Assembly: GCA_036785375.1 (NCBI GenBank)
Contig: JAWMAR010000027.1
Location: forward strand, 9,796,001-9,860,000
Source of the DNA: Leucoraja ocellata
Taxonomy: Eukaryota
DNA: 64,000 nucleotides
Direction of reading: 5' to 3'
Of the stretch, positions 51,699-64,000 are shown piece after piece. Made by a program: the position numbers and the translations under genes. The stretch's first letter is position 1, and each line of letters opens with the position of its first letter. The notes beneath the pieces are model-generated. The model saw only the letters and a list, made by a program, of their open reading frames with translations. It was not told the origin of the DNA and made no database searches.

Positions 51699-52685
51699 AA
51701 CTGTGTTAGCTGTTGAGTTACTGCAGCACTTTGTGTCTAAGACCGTGCATCACATTTATTTTCAAAAATCAAAGTAATAATAAGGTCTGTGCGGGTGTAC
51801 GCGCGTGTGTGTCGATGTTTGTCAGTGTAGACATGGATGTGAAGTAAAATGTATTATTCTGCCATATCATGATTTTGGTCATTTTTGGTTTTATGTGAGA
51901 TGGTATTATAATGGAGACCAGCTGTTGCTTCATTCAAAGTGCTGTCCCGATGGTGACGAGATAGCAAGTAACTAGAATCCAATTGTGACAAGTCAGAAAT
52001 TGTTGTCATGGGTGAGGAAATAGATGTAAGGTGGTGGTGTGTATAGTGTTAAGAATAACAGAAATTGCAACTAACATGCCGAGAAGATCCCCTGAACAAT
52101 TCACGGCAAGATAGCAAGACTAGTGGGTGAGAGAAGCACAGTTGGCTATTCAGATTCAGATTCAGATTCAGAAAACTTTATTATCTATCGTAACAGAAAA
52201 TCTTCTTTGACGTGGCTCAACATACAGACAGGACAATGTACTGATAAGCAGTCATACAGCATAGATTTCTGCGAGCACACACAGTGTGTATCAATCTTAA
52301 AAGCAAATATAAAGATTAAAAACAGCAAAAATAGACAAGATAAAAGTTGTGCTTGCTGAGAATGTGCTCATTTCAACCGGGGGGTGGACTTAATATTCGT
52401 TCAACATGGGTGCTCAAGGAATGAAATGTGTTCCATAAAGGGCAATTCACAGTACATTGTGCAACCAATTTTCAGTAATTAAAATTATTTTGTAGTTTTA
52501 ACTAGAACTGGCACAAACGCATACAATCATTATCTCCTTTGCAATTCAGAATCCAGCACTTCCCTTTCATCCACCTTCCCAATTCCATAAATACTGCTTC
52601 CATATAAATCCATTCCGACCCATTGCTCTAAACCCAGTTGTGTAATACCTAGCTATTCTTTTAAAGCTACAGACTGTATTTTCTC

Positions 52686-53000
52686 ATACATGAGCCGAGG
52701 AACAACCTGAGGAGCACCTTCAGCAACAGACTGGTTCCTCCAAGATGCAAGACACAGAACGCCACAGGAGATCCTTTTTCCCCAGTGGCTATCAAACTAC
52801 AACTCCCCCCCCCCCCCCCCTTCTGTTGTGGGGTAGACTGACTCCCCTTGCTCCCCTCCCCTCACCCTTCACCCCAATCTTTGCACACTCCAAATCCTGA
52901 ACTTTCCACTTGTCACTTTAATTTCATGTTTCATGTATCTTGTTGTGTTTTATGACTGTTGACAGACCAATTTCCCTCCTGGGATAAATGAAGTTCTATC
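52686..53000 (+). mobile_element. Rex1/Babar-like LINE 3' end
   Basis: RSTFSNRLVPPRCKT...RHRRSFFPVAIKL (frameshifted); tail aatttccctcctgggataaat. Confidence 0.7.
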
Positions 53001-53061
53001 ACAGGATACACGGCAGGATAGAATGTGAAGAAGGACACAAACAGCTGGAGTAACTCAGTAA

Positions 53062-54125
53062 TCATGGATCAGGGTTGATTCAAAATATATTAAACTGATG
53101 TATCCAAATTTACTCATGATGAAAAACTAAGGGACATGTAGGCTGTGAGGATGGAGGGAGGCTTCAGGGGAGACAAACAGGTGAAGCCAACAAACAAGGA
53201 TATTATTTCAGTCCCATATTGTGGAAAAACGTAAAGCCTTTCATTTTGGCAAAGCAAAAAGAAACGAGTTGTATTTTAAATGGTGAAAGGTTGAAAGCAT
53301 TTGCATTCACAAAGATTTTGGGTGTCTTTGGACATCTATCTCTGAAAGTTGACATGCCGATACTGTAAGATATTTGGAATATGTATGATGCCTTTTATTA
53401 CCACATGATTCATTACAAGATTAGAAACATCTATCTTCAATTCTAGGATCCTGGTGGGAATGCAACTGAAAAATGTTTATATGGTCTTATTACCCAATTA
53501 AAGATATGCATGCAATAAAAGGGAGAGGGTTCACCAGTTGGATTCCAGGCACAATGATTGTCATGTGAGAGGAGATGAAACAGACAGCCTGTATTTCTTG
53601 AGTTTGAAAAAATTGAGGGATAATATCTTTGAAATATATAATATGTTTCCAATATTGGAAAGGATAAAGTGATAATGATGTCGTCGTTTCCCCACTCCCC
53701 CCTTGCTGGGATGTACAGAACTCAGGACTCTGTTTCAAAATAATGAGCCAGCTATTCAAGAATAGGGATCAGCAGATAGTTCTTGACTTGAGAGGAGTGA
53801 ATATTTGGAATTCTCCACCAAAGAAGGCTGTGGAGGTTTAGTAACTGAGTTTATTCAAGGGAGGATCTATATGGTTTTAGATATGAAAGGAAGTGTCTGT
53901 GAGCTAAGAGATCAACATTGATCCTATTGAATGAAGGATAGACACTAAATGCTGGAGTAACTCAGTGGGTCAGGCAGCATCTCTGAATAGAATGAATGGG
54001 AGAAGCTGCTTGTCCCATTGAGTTACTCCAGCATTTTGTGTCTATCTTCAATTAAAACCAGTATCTGCGGTTTCTTCCTACACTATTGACTGAAGAGGCA
54101 GTTATTCTACTCCTCTTTCTTATGT
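53062..54125 (+). mobile_element. Degenerate CR1 RT/3' region containing a fold-back PLE pair (53937-54082, 13-bp TSD)
   Basis: CR1 motifs such as VNIWNSPP; TSD ctattgaatgaag / ctattgactgaag. Confidence 0.7.
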
Positions 54126-54211
54126 CACTGTTTTTACTGACAGTTGGACATTTAAAAAAATGTCAACATTGAAATAATATTTAAAATATGTTTTAATTAA
54201 TATAATATAAA

Positions 54212-54825
54212 ATATAACCATATAACCATATAACAATTACAGCACGGAAACAGGCCATCTCGACCCTTCTAGTCCGTGCCGAACACATAATCTCCCCTAG
54301 TCCCATATACCTGCGCTCAGACCATAACCCTCCATTCCCTTCCCATCCATATAACTATCCAATTTATTTTTAAATGATAAAAACGAACCTGCCTCCACCA
54401 CCTTCACTGGAAGCTCATTCCACACAGCTACCACTCTCTGAGTAAAGAAGTTCCCCCTCATGTTACCCCTAAACTTCAGTCCCTTAATTCTCATGTCATG
54501 TCCCCTTGTTTGAATCTTCCCTACTCTCAGTGGGAAAAGCTTTTCCACGTCAACTCTGTCTATCCCTCTCATCATTTTAAAAACCTCTATCAAGTCCCCC
54601 CTTAACCTTCTGCGCTCCAAAGAATAAAGCCCTAACTTGTTCAACCTTTCTCTGTAACTTAGTTGCTGAAACCCAGGCAACATTCTAGTAAATCTCCTCT
54701 GTACTGTCTCTATTTTGTTGACATCCTTCCTATAATTAGGCGACCAAAATTGTACACCATACTCCAGAATTGGCCTCACCAATGCCTTGTACAATTTTAA
54801 CATTATATCCCAACTTCTATACTCT
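54212..54825 (-). mobile_element. Young 5'-truncated CR1 LINE with intact 168-aa ORF2 C-terminus
   Basis: LYKALVRPILEYGVQFWSP...VQRRFTRMLPG...LERRRLRGDLIEVFK...FFTQRVVAVWNELP; (tggttata)n tail. Confidence 0.92.
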
Positions 54826-55011
54826 AATAATACAGAATACAGAATACAGAATATTATAATAAAATATTTAAAACTTACTTAAAATATTTAACTTAAAAAT
54901 TAACTACTGAGGTTAACTAAAACCACCTAAAACACCTTTGCAACCAAAGACAATGAATGGTAAATTAACTTAGAAATTGTAACTTTGTCTAATCTGGCAT
55001 AATGAGAGAAG

Positions 55012-55403
55012 GTAGAAACAAGGAACTGCTGATGCTGGTTTACAAAAAAAAAGACCCAAAGTGCTGGAATAACTCAGCAGGCCAGGCAGCATCTCTGTAG
55101 AAAAGGAATGGGTGACGTTTTGGGTTGAGATCCTTCTTCATCACTGTAGAACATGGATAGGTGACACTTCAGGTCGGGACCCTTCAGACATTTGAAAGAT
55201 AATTTTCCAACGTTATGCTGAGGATTCTTTGTGAAATTGCGCACAATTACAATTTCTCATGTTAATCAAGTTGTAGAGTGAAGAGTGAGGTTTGGCATTT
55301 CACATGTCTGAAGAAAGATCTCGACACCCAAAACAGCCTATTCCTTTTCTCCAGAGATGCTGTCTGACCCGCTGAGTTACTCAAGCTTTTTGTGTCTATC
55401 TTC
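55012..55403. mobile_element. Cluster of short PLE-derived elements (minus 55012-55190, plus 55306-55403)
   Basis: Family consensus in both orientations. Confidence 0.75.
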
Positions 55404-56176
55404 ACATGTAAATACATTAGGGGGATCCCACTTGGCATTGCATGTTTAGAAGCCAACTTTCATTTAGATGATTAAGTGCTGACATTTACTGTGTATAACT
55501 GAATATGAATGTACCTTTGAGAATTGTGCATTCCCAACAATATGCCAATCATGACAGTTAATTAAATAAAAGTTGTTTTATTGGCAGTTCCATCCTTGCT
55601 AATTGCCATGTGAAGTGCAATTCAAAATGCTAACGGAACCATTGGCTTCAGTTAATAAGATCCATTCCGCCCATAATCAGATCTGCAAGAATAAACCTTA
55701 AACTTGAGTTCATTTTGTTTTCCTGCCAATTAGCATTTGGTATCTGAAATTCAGAACTCTCGCTGCAGATCAGTGGAGCATCGGTGCTGTGTGTGTAAAC
55801 AACTGTGCGGGAAGAAATGCTCTGAGCAGCAGTCTGTGATGAGCAGGCCATGCATATAAACCCAAAATAAAATGTCCAGAGCAGGGCGTTACATCTCGAT
55901 TCTCCAAAATGGCAGGTATTAGTAAGCCATTTACAGTTAGTTACCAACAACTTCACCCCAACCCTCTGTCACCACCCCTGCCCCCTACACCTGCCATATC
56001 CAGGATCTTAACATATTTCGAATCTGCAGCATATGGAAGGGAAGGTTGCAGGCAAGAAATTGCAGGATGCTAAACTTCCAACCTTTCAGATGGGTTTTGA
56101 TTAGCCTGCAGCGTTCATTTCCCCCTACTGACGATGCCAATGTAGTGGATCTCAGGATCAATTCATCCCCAACTTC

Positions 56177-56500
56177 ATGGGGACAAGGGGTCACAGTTTA
56201 AGGATAAGGGGGAAATCTTTTAGGACCGAGATGAAGAAAAAAATTTTCACACAGAGAATGGTGAATCTCTGGAATTCTCTGCCACAGAAGGTAGTTGAGG
56301 CCAGTTCATTGGCTATATTTAAGAGAGAGTTAGATGTGGCCCTTGTGGTAAAAAGGGATCACGGGGTATGGAGTGAAGGCAGGTACAGGATACTGAGTTG
56401 GATGATCAGCCATGATCATATTGAATGGTGGTGCAGGCTCGAAGGGCCGAATGGCCTACTCCTGCACCTATTTTCTATGTTTCTATGTCTATGTTTCTAT
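56177..56500 (+). mobile_element. CR1 LINE 3' end
   Basis: TRGHSLRIRGKSFRTEM...FTQRMVNLWNSLPQKVVEA; (ttctatgt)n tail. Confidence 0.88.
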
Positions 56501-56832
56501 GTCATCCTTGCATTCCCTCTCTCTCCGTCCCTCATCCACCCTAATCGTCCGACTAGTCTCACTGTGGTCATGCTTAGTTTCACTGTGTCCAATCATCATC
56601 ACCTTCTCAGCCAACAGTGGACCATTGTGGACACCACCTTTAATTGATCATCTGGCTGGGTTTGATTTGTTATTTTCACACCTTTCATTCATTTGTTCTT
56701 TGTACATTTTCATATCTCGAACCAAAACATCATCTATCCCTTTTCTCCAGAGATGCTGCCTGGTCCGGTGAGTTACTCCAGCATTTTGTGTCTATCTTCG
56801 GTGTAAACCAGCATCTGCAGTTTCTTCCTACC
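56500..56832 (+). mobile_element. Longer PLE 3' terminal region
   Basis: Pyrimidine-rich upstream part running into the short-element consensus. Confidence 0.65.
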
Positions 56833-57290
56833 CAACTTGATAGAATTAACCATAGGATTGTAATGATCCAGGAAATCTAGCACACAGAAAATACAGCAGA
56901 AATTACATTCCACTGGCAAATTCGATACTTATGCAAAGATTTTGCTGAGAGCAAAATGAGTGTTTCAGGTGATGCTGTCATTGTCCCAAGGCAATTTACA
57001 GTGCATACAATGACTGTTGGATTTTCCTCTGTTCGGCGTTTAAAAACAAAGGCATCAAAATACCGGTGTCTAGAAGGGATTGGATTTTAAGGAACTACAA
57101 CATAATTTTGTTTTACGTTGTGAGCGGTAAGGATCTAGAGCAATAATGTAGTGAGACTTAATAGTAGCCTTTAGAAAGGAAGTGGATAATTATGGAAGGA
57201 TGGGATTAACAGGGCTGTGGAAAGTGGGAAAAGAATGAACTAGCTGGATGGCGCTGGCAGATGACAAGCCGAACGGCCTTCTGTCAGTCT

Positions 57291-57430
57291 TCTTCTTCTT
57301 GCGTATATGGTGTGCACAGCCTAAAGTTGTAGGACAACTTGTTCTATTTGATCTTATTTCATTGTGCACGCCAGGTTGATTGCATTCGTCGAAACAGGGC
57401 GAACCACGTGAAGGTTGCAATCTCCCAACT
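57291..57430 (-). mobile_element. Short structured retroelement with (GAA)n tail and 13-bp TSD
   Basis: cttctgtcagtct at 57278-57290 and 57431-57443. Confidence 0.75.
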
Positions 57431-58269
57431 CTTCTGTCAGTCTATGAAGGTTGGACCCTTTAGGGACCTGGACCAGTCCAGAGTGGAATTCACATTTATT
57501 ATGGCGTTTATTGATTGGCAGTATAAAATGGCCCTAAATAAATAATGGCAGCATTAGAGGTGAAAGCATTCAAGTTTTCTCAAAGCACAATTATTTAAGG
57601 AGAATATGATCAGTTCACCAACACCTCTCTTGTGCCTCTTTGAGTTGATGCTTTCTTTAAGAGAATCTGTCAATACAAACAGGACATTTTGGTACTTCTC
57701 CCTCTTGCTGCAAAAATAGATATAATATTTATGGTGTGTGGTGCTGGAAAGATTTCTTTTGAAGTGCAATCTATTAATGAATTGATAAATTAATTCACAC
57801 TTGTGCATCAGGAAGATAAAGTAATAAGTTGATTGTCAGATGTTGTGAAACGAAATATCTGACGGTCAAAAATGAAAGTCATAGTTCTCAGTAAAAACGG
57901 TTGATATCAAAGAGTAACAACTTTACTCTTTGCAACTGATCTTTAAAGTGACACTATTTCAAATAGGATTAAGCATATAACAAAACTGTGATGATCTCAG
58001 GACATGTCTGAGGTACAGATCAAAACCAAGCTTAAAAGTACAGGTCAGAGTTCATTCAACATGGCACTGAATAGCTATGTTAAATTTGAAAATCTCCGTT
58101 TTTCATCATAAATAATCACCTTCTTTGCCTTGAAATTCCCTTTGAAGTCATTTTCTGTTTCAAATTGCAACTGCAGTTCACAAAAGGAATATGTGATAGA
58201 TTTATCCTTAAAATGAGAAATGATCTGAGAATATTCAATGCTATCTATCCTTGTGTGCTAAATCATGTC

Positions 58270-58390
58270 CTTTAGTTTAGTTTAGAGATACAGTGGGGAA
58301 ACAGGCTCGTCAGCCCACCGAGTCGGCACCCACCAGCGATCCCCGCACACTATTCTACATATACTAGGAACAATTTTTACATTTATACCA
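58270..58390 (-). mobile_element. 3' part of HE1-like SINE
   Basis: (ttagt)n agagatacag...gggaaacagg. Confidence 0.75.
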
Positions 58391-58656
58391 AACAAACAAT
58401 CATTCAGTTGCATCATAGGCCGTATGACATAGTTGCCGAAATTTTCATTGCACACTGATGTTTTTATTAATATAAGAAATTAAAGCAGAACTGGGGCCAT
58501 TTGGCACCTTCCATTCTGCTCCATCAATCCTGGTTGAGGTTTGCTCTTAAAGCTACATTGCTTGATTCTCTTAATATCTCAACATCTATTGATCTGCATC
58601 ATAGAAACTCACCCACTGAATCTCCACAACCATCTTGGAAAGAGAATTCTAAAGAT

Positions 58657-58746
58657 TCACACAAAAAGTTGGAGTAACTCAGCGGAACAGGAAGCATCTC
58701 TGAAGAGAAGGAATGAGTGATGTTTCGGGTCGAGACTCTTCTTCAG
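58657..58746 (-). mobile_element. Short PLE-derived element inside a decayed CR1
   Basis: Minus strand reads cctgaagaagagtctcgacccgaaacatcac. Confidence 0.8.
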
Positions 58747-59136
58747 GCACTTCCCTTTGGGTGAAGAAGTTTCTTCCCATTCTATTTTGAAAGGCTAACG
58801 CCTTGGCTACAGAGGGTGACTCCTGTTCTTGCTGTCACACTGGGGCAACATCAACTTCATGCCCCAAAAGAATTTCAAAGGTCGCTGTTTGGTACCTGAT
58901 GCATTGTACATCTTTGAAATGATCTTTTGGCAGCATGCATCATTGCAAGGGAACATGCATGACCCCCTTGTCCTGGAAGCATTCACCATTATGTCTTCCC
59001 CACTACCTGATCCTAGCATTGACCTCAAAATCCCTCTTCCGTGCAGTTTATATTTGGCATCGCCATGGCAATGGTGTAGGGCAAGGATAGAGGGTGTAGT
59101 GATTCCCACAGCAATTTACTACCTGTGTGCCTCTTT

Positions 59137-60060
59137 GTTATGATGGTGAGGCCAAATACAAATTGGCAGAACAACATGAAGATTCCAGCATCTGTGGTCT
59201 CCTGTGTCTCCATCTCAAATTCTGCTTGGGTAGCTACTGTGACAATGGCATGAACTTTGCATTTTCCCGTTTCAGATAACTGATGCCCTTGGTGTGCTCT
59301 TCCACCCACACACTCAACCATCCACCTCAGTTTCTTCCCCCTTTTTTTCACCCTTCCCATTCCCTTCCCTCCCTCTCCCTCACCTAATACTTGCTGTTCA
59401 TCTTTCTCTCCCCCCCCATCATTCGGTTGTACCACAATCGCCTACCAGCCTCTGTCCCATCCCTCCCTTACGTTTGCTCTATACTGACAATCTTTACTGT
59501 TCCCTTTCAGTCCCGATGAAGGGTCTTGCCCCCAAAACGTTCACGGACATCTTTTTGCCTCAACAGATACTGCTTGGGCTTTTCTGTTCCAGATTCCAAC
59601 ATCTGCAGTCTCTTTTGTCTTCTATTTTCCACTTCCTCAATTGCTGGGCTCCCTTGATCAAGCACTGACCCCTGATCACTCTTTTCATCCCTCACCGCAA
59701 CATACATGTCTGATGCATCTTCCCTAAACTTCCCCAAACCTCTCTCTGTGCTCCCCCCCTCCCCCCTCCCCCTTTCCACCTATGTTACTTCCTCTGGATT
59801 CTGTCCTTGTGTCACACCTTTTGGCTTTTCATCTCTGGCCCACATTCTACAATCTGCCTATCGATCCCCCACTCCCTCACTTGGATCCACCTAACGTTAA
59901 CCTGCTCGACTCTGTCCTGGCCCTCCTCTCTTCCATCTATCTTTCCCCACCACAATCAGTCTGACGAAGGGTCCCAATGTGAAATATTAACTATCCATGT
60001 TCTCCAGAAATGCTGCCTGATCCATTGTGTTGATCCACCACTTATTTTTTTTATTTTTCA
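59137..60060 (+). mobile_element. PLE 3' end: GIY-YIG C-terminus followed by two terminal-repeat-like regions with decayed hammerhead motifs
   Basis: GEAKYKLAEQH..HLKFCLGSYCDNGMNFAFSRFR*; motifs cagtcccgatgaagggtcttgcccccaaaacgtt (~59508) and cagtctgacgaagggtccc (~59957). Confidence 0.7.
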
Positions 60061-61169
60061 ACACCTCCCAATACCTGCACAAACTATCTATCCTGTGTCA
60101 GAATGCTCACCGATGTAAAAGTAGCTGATGTACAAAGGGGCCATAGTGGTTGAAGTGCGCAAACATTTGTATTTGTTTAACATTACACTGAGGTAAACTA
60201 AAGTGAATGCATCGGGTTTCATATTTGTTGAGAAAAATGGTATAAGAACTTTAACAGTAATAAAATAGAAACATTTTTACAAAGTTTGATTTAAAAATAC
60301 ATTGACCTCCATTCTGCTCTTTGAAACAAGCCAACAAAATCCGTACCCAGATGTGTTCTGGCTTTTGGCCACCACAAAGTAAAACTACAACTTTATAAAA
60401 ACATATTCACAGTCTATTTCAATTCCATCATTCTAATCTGCCCTTCTGTTACTGTACTTATGAAAACGTTATCCATGTTGTGCCGATGCAATGACATAAC
60501 ACTCCAGGACTATTCTAACCCCTGTTTATCTTGGCAGATAAGTCTCAATAATATTGCGTCCCAGTTGCCAAATTTATGTTAAAGTATTATCAGACTCTAC
60601 AATAAACCTGCATCTTGAGCAATAATTGAATGAGTGGCTTAGTTCTTGTTTTAAAAAGTGTTTGCAGGTTTTGATATTTTATGTGGTGTCTTCCAGAAGA
60701 CAGGAAAGGATTAGAAGAAAATAATTCCACAGCCAAACCGAATGGCATCTGATACAATAACTAATTCTGGCAAAAACACGAGTCCAGGCTGATAATACAA
60801 ACATATTTTAATCACATTTAAACATTTCCAGATGCAATTAAAACCAGCATGGAGAACTGACAATGGGCCGGTGTATTAAAAACTTGATTGGATTCGATTA
60901 AATTACACTTAGTTGTAGGAAATTGTAAATCAAAGAGCAAGTTCTGCTGTTTGCCTAATGATTTGAGTTCTTCCAACTATAATCTAACATGTTGTTTCAT
61001 TCTAAAGAGACTGCTTGTATAGAAACAGAAAATAGGCAGAGGAGTAGGTTATTTGGCCCTGCCAGCATTGCCATTCAATATGATCATGGTTAATCATCCA
61101 AAATCAGCACCCTGGTCCTGCTTTCTCTCCATATCCCATGATTCTGTTAGCCCCAAGAACTAAATCTAA

Positions 61170-61671
61170 TGCCCCTGTCCCACTTGGGTAATGTTTTAGG
61201 CGACTAGGCTGTCACCACATGGTCGCCGGGGTGTCGCCTCTATAGTATCCTCAGTCACCCAAAGAATTGTAGCGTTTTTCTGGTCTCCGATTGATTTTGA
61301 AATATTCAAAACTTTTCGGCGACAGTTGGCTTCACGCCAATGAGCGCAGCCTGACGTAGGTGCTGTCGTAGGTTGTCGCCAGGGTAACAAAGGTTGGCGC
61401 CGGTGCTGACTTTGGTGAATTCCATTGGCGACTACCTACGTCAACCGGCGACAGGTACCGGCGGCTGAATTGTCTTACCTTGTGGAGATAGGTGGTCGTA
61501 GGTGGATGACTAATGGGTTGGCGGTAGCTTTCAATAGCTTGACGTCGACTAGGTGGTAGGTTGTAGACATTGTCGTTGACATTGTCATAGGGGGATCCAG
61601 TCGCCATTTTTTCGACGACCTGCTACGACTAAAACAGTCGCTGAAATAATCGCCTAAGTGGGACAGGCCCA
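61170..61671. mobile_element. PIF/Harbinger-type MITE inserted in a minus-strand CR1 tail (61017-61690)
   Basis: TIRs tgcccctgtcccactt and aagtgggacaggccca; TAA/TTA flanks; internal ggcgac/gtcgcc repeats. Confidence 0.8.
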
Positions 61672-62423
61672 TTACTCTCTTTTGAAAACTCTTTGTAATA
61701 AGGTAGAGGATTATTTCCCAACGTTATTTCGTATTTTCACAGTAAATCTTGGGGGGATAATTCCTGCGTTACCAGCTCTGACAATTGTTTTACAAAGTGT
61801 AAAAACTGCTCAAATTCATTGCAAATAAAATAATTCACTTTTCTGTACCTTTTCCCGATTTTCATCATCTTGTTTTTTTTTTGCATCTGCTGTCATCCCA
61901 AGTGAATTAATATATTTGGGTACCAATAAAAGTGGAATGAGCTTAAACTTTTTACTTCAGTGTTCAAGTAGGAGAATGGACATTTCAAAAATTTTTTAGT
62001 TGTGCTGACCAGCGGTTAAGACATATTTTGCAGCGATCGATCTAGCAATAAAATAAATAAAAAATCTTTGAAGAGACATGAATATTCTGAAATATAATGG
62101 ACCTGAAATTTTGAATGTTTTAATGTCATGGACTAGAATTTATATATTAGTACCATTGGCGTGAGAGCTTCTTGCTATGAAATAAAGAACTTATCACAGG
62201 TTGATTTTTCAGAACGAAGGGTGCGATTGTCAAATCAACTGGAAGTTTGGATGTACAAATCTAGATGTAAAACAGGCCTGTGTGCAACAAACAGCTTGGC
62301 TACCAGCAACAAACCCTGTGATACATACATCACTTATCCAAAGCTTCCATTCACAAAAACATCTCTCCACCCTCACCCTATAACCAAGCTATTCAATTGC
62401 CAATATACCCAGATCCATATGAA

Positions 62424-62537
62424 GTAAGGAACTGCAGATGCTAATTTAAACCAAATATAGACACAAATGCTGGAGTAACTCAGCGGGACAGCCAGCTTCC
62501 GTGGAGTGAAGGAATGGGTGATGTTTCAGGTTGTGAC
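62424..62537 (-). mobile_element. Short PLE-derived element
   Basis: aaggaactgcagatgct...gaaggaatgggtgatgtttcagg. Confidence 0.75.
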
Positions 62538-62559
62538 AGCAATTTGTGTCTGTGCCCAG

Positions 62560-63063
62560 TAGGGTTGCCAACTGTTCTGTATTAGTCGGGACATCACGTA
62601 TATTGGGCTAAGTTGGTTTGTCCCATATGGGATCGCCCTTGTCCTGTATTTGGCTGCTGCTGCTCGGGTCAAGGGGACTCGGGTTGGAGCGCCGCATCCG
62701 GCCCCGCTTCACCCAGCCCAACGTGGTGCAGCAGCAGCAGTGCCTCGCCCGTGCCCACGTCGGTCGGTAGTCTGGCCAGCTGGGCGACCATCGGCCCTTC
62801 GCTTATCGCCGACACCATCACCCGTCCTTCTCATGGCTGATCATCAGTTCATGAGTTGGACGGGTGCTGGTCTTTGCGCGCGACGTCGTGCCCGGACCAA
62901 AACTCCTCAGCTCGCCCACCGGCTAGGCTTTGTGTGCAGTCCAGCACCCGGGCCTACTCATCTTTCACCCAGCCACGGCTGAGTCTGTCAATGAATTGCC
63001 GTCGGGAATTTGTCCCTTATTTTGACCGTCCATTATTTGGGAGTGATAAAGTTGGCGACCCAA
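62560..63063. mobile_element. hAT-superfamily MITE
   Basis: TIRs tagggttgccaac and gttggcgacccaa; 8-bp TSD gtgcccag/atgcccag; subterminal gggaca/tgtccc. Confidence 0.8.
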
Positions 63064-63700
63064 ATGCCCAGGTCCATGGTCTTTAACCTTTTCAAAACAT
63101 ATCCAAGTGCGACCTTTGTAAAAAGGCATTCCTGAATACTTTTGGATCCCCATCAATATGTAATGTTGGTTAATATGGTTACATGTTCTTCAGTTTATTA
63201 CTTAAAATGTCTTAGTTGATTTGCAGATTACATTGTGTTGTGTCTTTGTGCAATATTAAAAATAATTTTAATGTTATAATACACCAGTTTGAAACGCCAG
63301 ATGTACAAAACTCTGAACTCTCTGGCACGCAAGTTCAACTCATTGGCAGCTTGGGGAGAAAAATTAGTCGGTGACTTAATACATTTTCAAGGTATTACAA
63401 AATGAGTGACCAAATTGAGCCAGGAATTTTCTTCACTGTGCTGACAAATTTAAATGAGTTAATTAAAAGTAATATTAGTGACAGTAAAAGTCAACAGTTC
63501 ACCAAAGTGATTTAAATTCTCCTGCTCAACTCCAAACATCTCTGTGTATCTGTGCATGGAAGATCTGGAGGAAAAATGGTGGACTTTCTGGACAGGTTTA
63601 AAATAGAGGAAGACATATGGGAAAATTGGCAGCTTGAACTAAATCAGTCTAAATTACTTAGGCTAAAGGAGAAATGTTGACAACTGCAGAGCCAACAATA

Positions 63701-64000
63701 TCATGAGAGACCCCTTCCACCCCTCCAGCTGCTACGGTCAGGCAAACGCCTCCGTTGCCATGCGGTGAGAACGGCGAGGTTGAGAAGGAGTTTCTTCCCA
63801 GAGGACATTCGGACTGTAAACGCCTATCTCACCAGGGACTAACTCTACTGAACGTTTTTCCTTCCATTATTTATTATGTAAAAGAATATGTGTGTTATGA
63901 TTGTGTTTATAGTTTGTTTGGTTGTTTGTCTTTTGCACAAAAGTACGTGAGCATTACCACTTTCATTTCACTGCACATCTCGTATGTGTATGTGACAAAT
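63701..64000 (+). mobile_element. Rex1/Babar-like LINE 3' end
   Basis: DPFHP..QLLRSGKRLRCHAVRTARLRRSFFPE; tail atgtgacaaat. Confidence 0.75.

Noticed and set aside
52147-52171. (GATTCA)n arrays, also at 41546-41572
   Set aside because: Simple tail repeats of LINE 3' ends, not telomeric or regulatory arrays
57380-57430. HDV-like ribozyme at the 5' end of the (GAA)n element
   Set aside because: A 7-bp P1-like stem is present, but P2, P3, P1.1 and the catalytic C could not be assigned
27948-64000. PDZRN exon 4 (VNG.DLS...) or an alternative first exon
   Set aside because: Not found by eye; consistent with a long intron 3 extending beyond the window

Overview
Eukaryotic, repeat-rich vertebrate DNA, most likely a cartilaginous fish (skate/ray), judged from HE1/V-SINE and CR1 (HER1-type) repeats. 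Two host genes lie on the + strand. The first is the last coding exon and 3' UTR of a contactin with a CNTN4-like GPI-signal tail (8102-~9450). The second is exons 1-3 of a PDZ-domain RING E3 ligase (PDZRN3 by synteny; CDS 23279-23992, 26339-26419, 27840-27947), followed by more than 36 kb of intron 3. The most notable non-genic signal is about 35 copies of a ~130-bp Penelope-like-element (PLE) derivative that begins with a minimal hammerhead-ribozyme core (CTGAAGA-A-GGGTCTCGACCC-GAAACGTC). It often inserts as a fold-back pair inside a single 11-15 bp target-site duplication, and in places it is still joined to GIY-YIG endonuclease remnants. Also present are CR1, Rex/Babar, L2 and Tx1 LINE fragments, Harbinger and hAT MITEs, and microsatellites. 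Family calls come from recalled motifs, not database searches, and repeat boundaries are approximate.
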